In this document: positions 26,757-40,330 of the stretch, piece by piece | How the letters are laid out: each line of letters begins with the position of its first letter | Numbering within the stretch: position 1 is the first letter of the stretch | Assembly: GCF_001194135.2 (NCBI RefSeq) | Contig: NC_068993.1 | Span: forward strand, 64,805,753 to 64,869,752 | Reading direction: 5' to 3' | Length of the DNA stretch: 64,000 bases | From: Octopus bimaculoides | Lineage: Eukaryota | Translations under genes and position numbers: made by a program | Notes under the pieces: model-generated | What the model was told of the DNA's origin: nothing | What the model saw: only the letters and a program-made list of their open reading frames with translations | The model's database searches: none

Positions 26757-26947
26757 TTTAATTCCTTCTCATTTTTCAATCTTGTGGTTGTTCCTTGCCC
26801 AACTATTTCACGTGTCTCATAACGAAGATCTCCACAATTTGTGGCCTGCATTATTTGATGTGAGTCTTACCTCTGCTATTAGTCTCTTGAGATTTGGTGG
26901 TTTGTTTTCGGTTGTTGATGATTTGTGATGTTTTAATTATTTGACAG

Positions 26948-27070
26948 ACCACATGATTCCGAGTTCAGTCCCACTGCGTGGCACCTTGGACAAATTTCTT
27001 CTACATTAGCCTCGGGTCATTCAAAGCCTTGAGAATGAATTTCGTAGACGGAAACTGAAAGAAGCCTATT

Positions 27071-27106
<36 letters not shown>

Positions 27107-27305
27107 ATTCGTGCGTGAGCGTATGTGTGTGTCTCTTTATATTTGTGTTTGTCCCCACTATCATTTGACAACCGGTGTTGATTAGTTTACGTACTCGTAA
27201 CTTAACGGTTCGGCGAAGAAACGGATAAAATAAGTATCAGGTTTTAAAAAATATGTTCTGCCGTCGATTCATTCAACTGTAAAAAACCTTTACGGCGGTG
27301 ACACA
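26948..27305 (+). mobile_element. tRNA-derived SINE, family 2, 5' truncated
   Basis: cccactgcgtggcaccttggacaa...gtagacggaaactgaaagaagcc, an internal (GT)n and tgacaaccggtgttg. Homologous to 25945-26338. Confidence 0.8.
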
Positions 27306-28272
27306 CACATGTATGTATGTATGTATGTATGTATGTATGGTTGATCTCCGTCGCACCACAATCTTTATCCAGTTTATCAACAAACTGAACAACTAGTTTC
27401 AGAACTAACGTATAATTGATGAGGTGCTCCAGAAACATATTCGCCCTTAAAGTAATTCTCAACCAGAATAAGCAAAACACCGTCTGTAACGAGATTTTAT
27501 TTGTTACAATCCACCTTTCTGGCTTCTCTACAATTTCCGTCACCCCCAGTTTCACTCACAATGCACGGTTCAAATTGAAGCTAGAGAAAACGACAATTAC
27601 TCTAGATGTCACATGACCGAAACTGAACCTCATAAATGCTAAACGAACTTTTTGATTATTCAACTATGCTTCGATTGCATTATGTACACACATGTGGCTA
27701 GATATATATTTATAGGTGTGTGTATATATGTATGCGTATATATATTTCTTTTCTCTATAACTGATTGTCCTACTCCCGTACCACACACGTCTCTCCTTTC
27801 ATTATACACTGTCTCCTCGATTTTTTTTTTAACTACATTCTTCGGTTCTAAACTCCATCTTATGTTCAGTTTAAATTCTTGTCTTTCTATTTCCTCCTTT
27901 CTCAATTCTGCTTCTCTCATCCACTCTTCCAACTCACTAACTAATACTTATGAGTTCTAAAAACTTAACAGCAGCGCATTATTTATCATACAATCTTTTC
28001 ATTTCTCTTTCTTTTGTTTCCATATATCGTCTGCTTGTCTCATTTGGAAATTGTTCACATATCCGTATATTAAATCATGCATACAATAGTTATGAGATAT
28101 TTACTCATTTTCACACACCAAACTTACAAGTCTTAGTGGATGTTCTCACTTTACTTCACTTATTTCTATATATCTTACTTTGTGCTTCCTGTTATCTTTT
28201 TCCCCTTTCTCTCTGTCTCGCACTCTTCTATATCTCCTTGTATCTCTATTATCTCTATATGACTTCCTATTT

Positions 28273-28336
<64 letters not shown>

Positions 28337-29145
28337 CTGTCTGTCTGTGTGTGTGTGTGTGTGTGTGTGTGCGTATGCATGAAATAAACATTAAATATTT
28401 TACAAATACGAACTCGTGATCGAAAACATTTGCATGGTATCCCTTACGGTAGTTGAACAATGCATATGTGATAATCTGGACCACGCCAACCATTGCACTG
28501 TGCGCCTCCTGTTAAATACTTAATCAATAATGAAAAAAAAAATGAAATGGTTTTCTTACAGCCAAGTTTGAAATAGCTACTAAATATCAAGGATTCTCAT
28601 TTGAGAGACGAAATAGGTAAAAATAAACGCAAACTACCTTGCGTTCCAGCACTTAATGCGCAGTAATCAGAATGGACGAAATGTTCCGGAGGCATAGCAG
28701 TATATTCGTCTGGATTACTGCATTTGCCTGGTTCGATTCCCATAAACAGGTCTGAGTATATTCATTGTAATTTAGTTCCTGCGTGTAAAGTGTCAAAATT
28801 AATTTAACGTTTTATTTTATATTAAAATTCTAAACTGTTTACTTTCTCATCAACAAGTAACTGTATGTACATATAGGGAGGTGCTCGCGCGAGTAGGTGC
28901 AGCTCCATATATGTATGTGGTAGATACACACTGAATTCGCAACCAAGAATCGAAACCTTGATCTGTATGTTAGTTTCCATTCTTCTCGCAATCTACACCC
29001 ACACTGTGATAGTGCCACCAGTTAAATTCGCCCCAATCTCAGGAGATAAAGAGCCGAGTTCAGATAATTCATCCGATTCATTGTAACTTAATTTAACATT
29101 TGATCCAGGTATAAATTCGAGACACCTCTTTCCTTTTCTGATTTT

Positions 29146-29148
<3 letters not shown>

Positions 29149-29236
<88 letters not shown>
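29149..29236 (+). repeat. (CT)n microsatellite
   Basis: Direct reading. Confidence 0.95.
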
Positions 29237-29242
<6 letters not shown>

Positions 29243-30779
29243 TCTCTCCCCCCTCTCTCTCTGTCTTTCTCTTCTTTCACTCACCAACTTTCAGACTTCC
29301 TATTTTTCCCCTCTACTAACAAACAATTAACTTGTTATCAATGACAAACCTTGCACGAGCGTTATACAATTCCTTCCACACAACTTAGTAATAAACCTCC
29401 ACATCCACAACAGGAGCTTCTCCATTAAAGTGTCTAACTTGCGTTTCCAGCTCGTCGCAGTTGTGAAACTTCATAACGGTTGAACATAAATCTATGACAA
29501 TTATGAACTATTTCTCGTATTAATTATTTAAAAGAATACTGAAGAATACCGAACTATGCAACACGCAGCCTTCATTCAAACGTAGTCTTCTCAACTCGTT
29601 ACACGCAGCCTTACCCTAACTTCATACCAATTACAATTATACTATTACATTTGGTGACCTCTATGTGTATTTAACTGTTTTGCATGGAATCAGTTACAAC
29701 TGGTAAACCTAGCGCTTCCAGCATGCTACAATTAGTAACCCCGATGCTTCCTACATGTTGCATATCACTCTACACTCCGACATACCAATCACATTTGGTG
29801 ACTCTGTGTTTATAATTCAAATTTACTCGGCTCAGCGCATCCAGTATGTGTTTTCTAGGTTGTCGTATTTGTTTTACCCATACAAATAAGACACACGACC
29901 ACAGCACCATGCACACTTGGTCTCCGCACTTACTTTAAGTGGCACAATGCCTATACATTCCCAGAAATCTTCCTATGCTACCATGAATGAACTACTTCGA
30001 ATGGACGTTGACAGCTGCACCATATTCAGACGCAATTGAATATGCACTCTTATGTATACGCAATCAAGCGTTGTACCACTCTTAGACTCACATGAAACTG
30101 CACCCATGTCAATACTGCATGAAGCCGATACTGCACCCACTTGAACATATACTTCCAATCTCGTAAATATCAGATCTTTTCTGCTGGTACCTAAGAAATT
30201 TCTGACCTCAATTGTTCACTTTTCATTCATAAACTTGTACGTTGTCAAATTTTCATGCTGTAAATATCTCCTCTACTTCCCTGATTGAATGACTGTTTCA
30301 TTTCTTGTCTTATCCAGTTAGCTTCCTGTTAGCTTTGTTTCCATTCATCTTATGGTAGCACGGATTTGACCTCCTGAAAACAATAGCATCTCGCAGCTTC
30401 TATTCCCGATTCTCTCGTACAATACTGTTATTTCTTTGCAATTAAGGTTTCGCTAAATTTCATGGGAGTCATTTTTGCTTCAGTGGGAAAACAACTTTTA
30501 TATCGTTTAGATTTTAACGATTAGCTTCCTAGAGGAAGGTATTATAACAGATCCGCACTGAATTCACAACCAGGAAACCCTTAGTCTGCGTTTAAAAACA
30601 TGGACCTTTATCATAAGTGTTAAGATACACGCTTACATGCATATTTTATTGTGTGTGTGTGTGTGCGCGCGCGAATTTTCGCAATCAACGGCGAATAATT
30701 TTGCTTTCAATTTCTTTTTTACATTTTGAATTTAAACTATAAAATAAACCTATAATTATTTTGGATCTATTTCAAAACA

Positions 30780-31250
30780 GGGGCACCAGTTTTCATTTAT
30801 GTTTTATGTAGTGTTTTTGGTACCGAAAGACTTTCAAACTTCGTATACTTATCTATTTTGTGTTATAGAACAGAAAAAAAACTTTTGTATTCGAATTTAT
30901 TTCATGTTAAAAATTGTCTTATTTCGATAATTTCTACTAATCACTGACGTCTATTCAGTTGAAAACAGTTAGCGCTGTAACGGTGTATATCGTATTAATC
31001 CCCTAACCCTAACCCTAACTAGACTGTTAACCCTAACCCTAAAACTAACCCAAACTCTAGAATCCGAAATCTAAAATTGTTACACACATAGATACGCACA
31101 GCGTAATTTATTATATAAACAATATATGCGTATAAATTACGATTAAACCGGATGAAATATGTCACAGGGAATAACATTTTTATGACCACCCAGCAGTAAC
31201 TCTATTCAGTTGAAATTACAGAAATACTACAACTTTAACATGGAATAACT
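30780..31250. repeat. Unclassified repeat containing short telomere-like (CCCTAA)n tracts
   Basis: ccctaaccctaaccctaac...taaccctaaccctaaaactaaccc at 31001-31051. The motif ctattcagttgaaa occurs twice (~30951 and ~31202). Confidence 0.5.
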
Positions 31251-31568
31251 TGCGAATTCCTTTTTTTTTTTTGTTAAGAAGACTAAGAGTAAAAGATGTT
31301 TTATATGACACATTCTACCAGTGTTCCAAGTTTCAAAGTGTTTCGTTAAGAAAATACTGGTGCCCCCGTTTTGAAATAGATCCATTATTTTCCCTAGTAA
31401 TGTGTATACTAAGTTATATATACATTATACGTATATGTGTACAATTTAAATTCTTTATTGTTTGTCTCATACTCTCGCATCTTTCGTTTTACAAATGCGC
31501 GTATGTATTACCACATCTGCTTAGGCGTTTACTTCTCATCTTCCGTCTCTTCTCAATATTTCTTTTCC

Positions 31569-32282
31569 TTCGTCTGTCTTTATGTTCTGAGTTCAAATTC
31601 CGCCGAGGTCAACTTTGCCTTTCATCCTTTCGAGGACGATAGATTAAGTACCAGTTGCGTGCTGGGTTCGATCTAATCGACTGGCTCCCTCCCCCAAAAT
31701 TTCGGGCCTTGTGCCTCGAGTAGAAAAAAATATTTCTCTCTTACTAAGGTGGCGAGCTGGCAAAGTGGTTAGCACGCCGGGCGAGATGCTTAGCAGTATT
31801 TCATCTGTCTTTATGTTCTGAGTTCAAATTCTGCCGAGGTCGACTTCGCCTTTCTTCCTTTCGGGGTCGATAAATTAAGTACCACTTACGCACTAGGGTC
31901 GATCTAATCGACTTAATATCCTTGTTTGTCCCCTCTATGTTTAGCCCCTTGTGGGCAATAAAGAAATAAGATACGTTAGCACGCTGGGCGAAATGCTTAG
32001 CGATATTTCGTCTGCCGTTACGTTCTGAGTTCAAATTCCCTCGAGGTCGACATTGCCTTTCATCGTTTCGAGGACGATAAATTAAGTACCAATTGCGTAC
32101 TGGGGTCGATGTAATCGACTTAATCCCTTTGTCTGTCCTTGTTTGTCCCCTCTATGTTTAGCCCCTTGTGGGCAATAAAGAAATGAGAAACGTTAGCACG
32201 CCGGGCGAAATGCTTAGCAGTATTTCATCTGTCTTTACGTTCTGAGTTCAAATTCCGCCGAGGTCGACTTTGCCTTTAATCC

Positions 32283-32283
<1 letters not shown>
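31569..32283 (+). mobile_element. Head-to-tail cluster of four family 1 SINE copies
   Basis: Copies at ~31569-31730, 31745-31973, 31974-32190 and 32191-32283. Each has gttctgagttcaaattc.gccgaggtcgac (or a near match). Confidence 0.9.
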
Positions 32284-32342
<59 letters not shown>

Positions 32343-34095
32343 TGTGCGTGCGTGTGTGTAGCCTCCTAGCAATCACTTCTATTAGCGCTCTCTGTCTTTT
32401 TCTCCCTCTCCCTCACTCTCTCTCTCTCTCTCTCACTCTCTCCCCTCTCTTCACTCTATACAATGTAAACCATGACTAAAAAAATCAATCAACCAGCCTA
32501 GTTACGTTTATATATATCTATACACTCATACAAACACACATCCACGCACGCACGAACGCACGCACGCACACACATACACACACACACATATATAGTTGAG
32601 AGAGACGGAGAGAAAGAAAGAAAGAGAAAGAAAGAGAGTGTAGTAAATAAACGCAATTACGTTTGAGCATACATTTCCATTATGCACACATGCGTATGTT
32701 AACTAGTTGTCTCACTTCAAATCTGACAAGCGTGTTCATAGATAGGAAGAAATAATTAAAAGTCTAAGCAGGTTATTGGTTAGCTGTAAGAACCTAGCCA
32801 ACAGGATCGATTAGAAGGAAATAGTAAGCTTGTTGTTGTTATTAAATAACATCCTCCATTGAAAGAAGTCTTTTATGGTTGTTTTCATTCTTGCCTACAT
32901 AATGTCAGTGTAATTCTTTTGACTTTTCTATTCAATTAATTCAACATTTTGCCTTTACCATATAACCTTCTGCTTGAAGTGTATTTTACCAATTTACTTG
33001 GTTATGTTCTACAAATTTGGTAAAATCCAGAATCTATTGCCGGTTAAGAGTAAAAGCAAATAGGAATTGACAGAAGAAACATTTTTTTTTTTTGTCCTTT
33101 TATGATTTAGCTTCATGCCGTAATGTGTCAATGGTTCCCTAGAATGAAATCCATTCTTAGAAACAACAAGAAATTAAAACTAAAAAGTAACCTATCCTAA
33201 AAAGGAAATTTTCTCATTAAAACAATTGTCTACTTCTTTTGGTGGATTTCGTACAATTTGTTTTTGTTTTTTATCTTTTTTGTTGTTTTCACATTTATCC
33301 GGCAGATGAGTTGAAACTAGATTTTTTCTTCCCCCCACCATTCTCTCCTTCTTAACATTGCCTTAATATAGCAAATACCTTATTAAATAGCAAATGTCAG
33401 CGAAGATCTTTATTTTACCAAATATTAGCAAATATCTCTCCGCTGTTTTGAATCCTTACAATGTAACACTTCATGTCTTGCTTCATTGAGATTCGTGCAT
33501 TTAATCAATCAACTTGCTATTTACAAACAAGTTTTTAAGTGGTTGCCTACACACAGTTATTAGTTTTGTGTCTTTTTTCCAATCAAACCTCAACTCGTTT
33601 CATTTCTTTTTTGCGCCAAATATAAAGTTTGTTATGTTTGTTGCTCTGCTAACATTTAAAAAAATGTTCTATCTCTGTGTAGCTCTCCAATTTCTTTGAC
33701 AGATACTTCAAAACGGAATAACAAAACTATACATAACAATCAAGTTCATTCGCATACATACACCCATGTCTGCTCATAGAACTACGTACATACACACTTC
33801 TACGCAACGATACAAAAATACTGAAAACAAGGAAATTTAATCACGACTAACATTTGTTTCCATTGGCGTAAGCCAAGCGGCGTTATGACTCATCACAATG
33901 ACGGAAGCTCAACATGGTCTATTTACAGGTTAAAAATAGTAACCAAATCGCTCTCAGATCACATCCTGTCAATGTGATGAGTAATATTTTGGGGGTTCCT
34001 TGTGCTTGGGAAATGTTTTGAGGGCCATTCCTTCGATCATAGCATTCCTTGATGTGAAATGAACTAAGACGGAATAATAAAAACAACAGTAATTC

Positions 34096-34133
<38 letters not shown>

Positions 34134-36369
34134 GTTGCTGCTGCTACTATTACTACTACTACCACTATTGCTATTATTATAAAATACTAAAATCAATGTT
34201 GCTCAGTTGTGATCTAATCGAACACTCAACGTATATCTACATGAAAAAGAGAGACAGAGTTGTCGTCCCTACCTGCTTTGATCAAATTGAAAGGTTGAAC
34301 AAGTTTTTTTTCCACTTTTCTATGCACTCTGCATTGACTGCTCTACGCAAAGATGATTGCCTTATTCTGTTCTCAATGTAGACCGTGTTGATATTTGTCA
34401 TCAATAAATCCCAAACAACTGAGACTGTTTACACCAATGTCAGACATCCATTTAAAGGTTTGTTACTGTTGTTTACTAAAAGGTATTTATCCCATCATCT
34501 TGTTCTATTGACAGTGTATAGGACCATGATTGTTCCTTATTTAAGGAAACAATAGCATTTCATTGGAAGAAACGCTATTGCTAAAAGGTCAAGCATAGAA
34601 GTGTTCCTGTTTTCCTCATTCAAAAATGTTTAGAATAATTAGAATGGTCTCCTCGTCGAAAACAACGTAGGAGCACTTCACTTGATTGAATAACTACACA
34701 GCCCACTCCTAGAAATGATGTGTTAGGTTCCGTGCACGTAATCGTCCAGTAGAATCAACAATGACATAGTACAACAAAGCTAGACCTTTGGACTATCAGG
34801 TACAGTGTAAGCAACAGGTTTCTACACAGTTTCCACTAGTCCACTTTCAATCATAAGGCTCGGGTTGATCTGAGGCTAGGGTAAAAAAATATATTCTCTT
34901 GCTTAAGGTACCCTACAATGGGGTTCATTGTAAATTGAATGTCAACCCCACGTCCTCTCGTCCACATCCTTAAAAAATATCCCTGACTGAAAATTGTAGC
35001 CCACATATTCTATTCGTTCAAAGTCAAGTAATGCCCCCCACTCCAGTTGAAAAGGAGAATATGATGAGTGGCTTTCTCCGTTACAATTTTGCTTGCCGCC
35101 TGCCCTATGAGTCATATACCAGAACCAGCCAAGATCCTTGATGACAATCTATTGTTACACATAAAATGAAATAAATTCGTGTATTATGAAAGAGTGGTGG
35201 AAGTCTGACACTTGAGGCAGGGATCTTTTTCGAAGAATAAAAAATGCGTTTATTGTGTTTATTAATAGACTTTCGATATTATATTTAGAAATTCATATTT
35301 TATATTTCACGCGTATTGGAATGTATTACTATGTCTTTTGTAAAGTTTCTGGGAAAGTGATTTCATAATTTTGTTTCTACTTTGTGAGTTACAAACTCCA
35401 ACCAGCTGGATAATTTAAGTAGCCATTTAAATAAATATTTTGCCAACAAAGAAGAAAACAAGTCATGAGTTAAAAATTTGTAATGGAATGAAGATAACTA
35501 AATAGAAAGTAATTAGTATAAAATATAATGAGAAAATAACAATAGAGAAATAGTAAAAGGGAGGAAAGCTAAAGGAGATTAAAGGAGGAGTGCGTTTGTG
35601 TGATATTTCCGAACGAGAATAGCTGAGTCGATAGAATACAAGATAAGCGTTTGGGAATTGGAATCATTTTAACAAAATAAAAATGTTGTTGTTGTCGTCG
35701 TTGTTGTTGTTTAGCCCAAGTTCAACGCTAATCGAACAGACTTGCGATAAAAGCATTCCGTCCTGATCTTTTATTTTATTTGTTTTGTCGTTAGGAAGTT
35801 AGGGCCACGTTATCTAACATGTTCTTTATTAAGATGGTAGGGTGGAATTTAATTTGAGATTTTATTCTTAACTCTATTACGTCATACAACCACATAGGGC
35901 GCCACCCTCTTTACCCCAGACATAGCAATGTGTCTATAACCACTCAACGTATCTCCCAACATCTTACGGCATATAGAGGGTGCACCATGAAATGAAGCGC
36001 CATGGTGTGCCGCGAGAGCATGAAAATTTGATTGAGAATGTTCATTAACTTGATGTGTGGTTTCCGATTTAAACAAATAACGTTGTTGAGTAAAATGGCC
36101 CTGGGCTTTCTGCATATAGAAAAGTACGGGGGTTCTGCTTTTGATCATAGGCCTGCTCAGTCAAGGTGGAGCAGAAGTTAAAAACAATAACAGCTGTTTC
36201 TGAGGTTCAAATCTGTTACATTGTATACCAACGGAAACCCATCCAGCCTGCCTCCTTCGTTCTTTAATAACTCCTCCGACTGTGTTTCACTCACCAAACC
36301 TGAGCGTTAAATATACTTTTTCATAACAGTTGTTCTGTTACTGGTATCTCCAGTAATACTCATAACACA

Positions 36370-36421
<52 letters not shown>

Positions 36422-36459
36422 NNNNNNNNNNNNNNNNNNNNNNNNNNNNNNNNNNNNNN

Positions 36460-36497
<38 letters not shown>

Positions 36498-36993
36498 GGA
36501 ATCCGCCATTCCACCTATAGTCACTCACAAAATGCGCCATTAATACCGAGGATTTATTTAACGAGATATCCTTGTAAAATCACCTGACGAGGCACATCTG
36601 CACCGAGGGATGCACCACAGCCAGTTGTACAGTATCTCACCGCGTGGGGTCGATACTGGATGGGTCGATAGTGGATGGGTCGAAACGATCAGTTTTGGCA
36701 TGTATTCGCGTGATGCATTTACATAAGTATGCGTAAGATATCAACATCCTATTCTTCGGTGTGTTCTCGTTTTCTTTTTCTGAAACGCATTAAGTTTCAA
36801 CTTAATATTGTGATCTCTTTCGTTTTCTTTGGTTTCCATCTTTTACTCTATATCTCTCTTTTTGTATCCGCTTCATGTCCTGTTTTTCTAAAATTCCATC
36901 AGCGAAATTGTTTCACGGAGAAACTAATTCAGAACTCGACCTAACAACATGTTTGCGTATATATTTTCTAGTTTGCTGGTATAGAAGCATTTG

Positions 36994-37050
<57 letters not shown>

Positions 37051-37118
37051 CAAGAATAAGGGCAGGGAATCGTCAATTAATAATAGAATTAATAATTAAC
37101 AATTTTGCCAAGTAGTTC

Positions 37119-38069
37119 NNNNNNNNNNNNNNNNNNNNNNNNNNNNNNNNNNNNNNNNNNNNNNNNNNNNNNNNNNNNNNNNNNNNNNNNNNNNNNNNNN
37201 NNNNNNNNNNNNNNNNNNNNNNNNNNNNNNNNNNNNNNNNNNNNNNNNNNNNNNNNNNNNNNNNNNNNNNNNNNNNNNNNNNNNNNNNNNNNNNNNNNNN
37301 NNNNNNNNNNNNNNNNNNNNNNNNNNNNNNNNNNNNNNNNNNNNNNNNNNNNNNNNNNNNNNNNNNNNNNNNNNNNNNNNNNNNNNNNNNNNNNNNNNNN
37401 NNNNNNNNNNNNNNNNNNNNNNNNNNNNNNNNNNNNNNNNNNNNNNNNNNNNNNNNNNNNNNNNNNNNNNNNNNNNNNNNNNNNNNNNNNNNNNNNNNNN
37501 NNNNNNNNNNNNNNNNNNNNNNNNNNNNNNNNNNNNNNNNNNNNNNNNNNNNNNNNNNNNNNNNNNNNNNNNNNNNNNNNNNNNNNNNNNNNNNNNNNNN
37601 NNNNNNNNNNNNNNNNNNNNNNNNNNNNNNNNNNNNNNNNNNNNNNNNNNNNNNNNNNNNNNNNNNNNNNNNNNNNNNNNNNNNNNNNNNNNNNNNNNNN
37701 NNNNNNNNNNNNNNNNNNNNNNNNNNNNNNNNNNNNNNNNNNNNNNNNNNNNNNNNNNNNNNNNNNNNNNNNNNNNNNNNNNNNNNNNNNNNNNNNNNNN
37801 NNNNNNNNNNNNNNNNNNNNNNNNNNNNNNNNNNNNNNNNNNNNNNNNNNNNNNNNNNNNNNNNNNNNNNNNNNNNNNNNNNNNNNNNNNNNNNNNNNNN
37901 NNNNNNNNNNNNNNNNNNNNNNNNNNNNNNNNNNNNNNNNNNNNNNNNNNNNNNNNNNNNNNNNNNNNNNNNNNNNNNNNNNNNNNNNNNNNNNNNNNNN
38001 NNNNNNNNNNNNNNNNNNNNNNNNNNNNNNNNNNNNNNNNNNNNNNNNNNNNNNNNNNNNNNNNNNNNN
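37119..38069. other. Largest assembly gap (N run)
   Basis: Other gaps: 11315-11636, 14927-14989, 16489-16530, 21442-21600, 24973-25072, 26118-26127, 36422-36459, 51460-51657, 52210-52977. Nearly all abut microsatellites. Confidence 0.98.
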
Positions 38070-38100
<31 letters not shown>

Positions 38101-38312
38101 GTATGTATGTATATGTGTGTGTGTATAAACACACAGACACGGGCACATTCACAAACATATACGCACACACACACACAAGCATACATACATGCTCACACAT
38201 ATGTGTGTGTGAGGGTGAGAGAGAATAAAACAGAGAGAGTAAGTCGATATGCAACTATGAAAAATTTCGGTGATTTTTGTTTTGTTTTGTTTTTTGTTTT
38301 TTTTTCAGATGG

Positions 38313-38420
38313 GATAGGAGTGGCTGTGTGGGTAAGAATCTTATTTCCCAATCAGTTTTTGATTCCCACTGCACGGCACCTTGGGCAATTGTTTTCTACT
38401 ATAGGCCCCTGGCCGACAAC
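38313..38420 (+). mobile_element. Family 2 SINE head fragment
   Basis: ggagtggctgtgtgggtaaga...cccactgcacggcaccttgggcaa. Confidence 0.65.
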
Positions 38421-38806
38421 GAACAAGCTAGAGAGATGAATTACTTTGGTCTGATAAAAAGTGAAGATCAGTCTTCCAATGCCGTACATTAGACAGATTT
38501 AAGAGGAAAGCTTTTAGTCTGCTGAAGAAGCGGAGCAAATGGCGATTGGAAAGATATGTATAATGACAACCTACATAAAAATCGTCTTAGTCAAGGAGTT
38601 GTTACTTGATATGCAAGAAGTAGCATTCATATCTCTCGCATTTCACTGCCTAATGTTTTAAACAGGGAAAGAGACATTAATGTCTCACGTACCCTAAAGG
38701 GAATGGAATGCCTTTGGTCTGATCAGTCGAAGCTGACCAAGGGCTCTACAACAACAAAGTATGTCTCATAGATATTTACTTATTTTTAACCTTTGTTTTT
38801 TTGCAG

Positions 38807-38897
38807 CGGAAGAATGTATTGGCAGTAGCCAGTTAACTGCCCAAAGACATACAAAGAACTACCTTCATACGCCATCATTCCCGACACCTTTCAAAAA
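38807..38897 (+). CDS. CUB exon, first exon of the cassette
   Basis: Acceptor ctttgtttttttgcag|CG and donor AAAAA|gtaagt. 91 nt, phase 1-2. Translates (A)EECIGSSQLTAQRHTKNYLHTPSFPTPFK(K). Confidence 0.88.
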
Positions 38898-39094
38898 GTA
38901 AGTTTTCCTTAACCTTATTAATGCATGCTGCCAATCATTATCTGGTTTATTCAAAAGAATCTTAGAGCATCGGGAAAAATGTTTTTCAGTCTTTGTTCTC
39001 AGTCTTTCCGTTCAGTTCCAATCCTGCCGAAGCCATTTTAGCCTTTCATCCTTTTAAGGTCGATAAATAAAGTACCAGTCAAGTACCAGGGTGA

Positions 39095-39223
39095 AGTTCC
39101 AAATGTGAATTTGTCTGTGTTAACTACATCCCAAAGATAGAGCCTTGTATCTTTGTTGGAAACTGGCTCCCTCCTCAGTGGAAGATTTATAATAATTAAA
39201 AAATAGAGACATACATACATACA
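39095..39223 (+). mobile_element. ~130-160 bp repeat with (ATAC)n tail, copy 1 (likely 3' end of a retroelement)
   Basis: gttccaaatgtgaatttgtctgtgttaac...cctcagtggaagatttataataattaaaaaatagagac(atac)n. Reverse complement of the copies at 40701 and 45112. Confidence 0.75.
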
Positions 39224-40197
39224 ACATCAGATATACTTACTGTTTGATTTGGCCTGTATCGGTAGTTTAGTTATCTTCAGCGGTTGTTTGTTTGTTTTTG
39301 TTTTTGTTTTTTTACGATAACTTCCTTTTACGCCTGGAAACCACCAATTTTACGTTATAGTCGAAAGTAATGAGTAAAATAAGTGTTATATTATCAATAT
39401 TTTTGCGCACTTAACATCATTTCTTACAGGTTCCTGGTAAATTTCATCTGTTTTAACGATATTATCTGATCAATTTTTAAATTTTGAGAGTATGTCTTTG
39501 TATGTGTGTTTTATATAGCACTGGTCTGTTACAAAGTCAGGAAACCTGAGAGTACTTGTCACAGACCAGTATTTTTTTTTTCCGGTGCCATAAAGCAAAT
39601 ACGAGCATTTGTCACATTATTAGAAAGCAAGTTCTAATTCGTCACGATATTAGCACGTTATTTGTGTAATTTCGTCGGCTATGATCCTTCAGTGCGCAGA
39701 GTTTACACTTGATAAGTAGCACCAGTAGTGCACGATGTCTTTTGACGCAGAAATTGCACAATAATTGTACATTCGAAATCTTCCACATGACTTCAGAGAT
39801 CCGGCGTTAAAGATTTTCAACTAACGAATTCTCCGAATCATCGACTGCCTAGTTTAGGTTCAATAAGATAAACGTTGCTCATCTACTGACTGTGTGTCAT
39901 GGATCGTTTAGCTAGATTAGTAAATTAACCATCTATGTAAGTGTCTTCAAACAAAACCGTCGAAGCAGTTTCGTTATCGCTGAAAGATATTAAGATACCG
40001 GCTGAAATACTGGTCCCATACAAGTGAGCGTCAAAGGTTATACGATTGATGTCAAGCATATCGTGTGAAACAAATGTAGTTTCAATCAGCTTCATTTTAT
40101 TACAGCTGAGAAATTCTATTCTGGATTAACCTTTTACTTCATTGAAATAGTTTATACGTCTTTATTTCTCATTTGCTGAATGATAAATAGAGTACAA

Positions 40198-40330
40198 TGG
40201 AGGTGCATGGCTTAGTGGTTAGAGTGTTGGACTCATGTGCGTAAGATTGTGTTTTCGATTTCTGGATCGGGCGATGGATTGTGATCTTGAGCATAACACT
40301 TCATTTCTTGTTGCTCCAATCCACTCACCT
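40198..40330 (+). mobile_element. tRNA-like SINE head, diverged (possibly a third family)
   Basis: ggaggtgcatggcttagtggttagagtgttggactc has an A-box-like TGGCTTAGTGG, followed by a degenerate B box and CORE-like cttgagcataacactt. Confidence 0.5.

Noticed and set aside
27660-27960. Charged ORF MEEWMREAELRKEEIER... on the minus strand
   Set aside because: Probably a LINE remnant or purine-rich low-complexity sequence; too little to classify.
31745-31830. tRNA gene candidates at SINE heads (also 25945 and 40198)
   Set aside because: Only A/B-box remnants continuing into SINE bodies; no complete cloverleaf.
36582-36690. CTGACGAG...GAAAC as a hammerhead (also ccgatgaagac..gtc at ~8230)
   Set aside because: No proper stem II directly followed by GAAA, and no stems I/III.
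37073-38439. 350-444 aa ORFs (also 52135-53008)
   Set aside because: Composed of X from N gaps.
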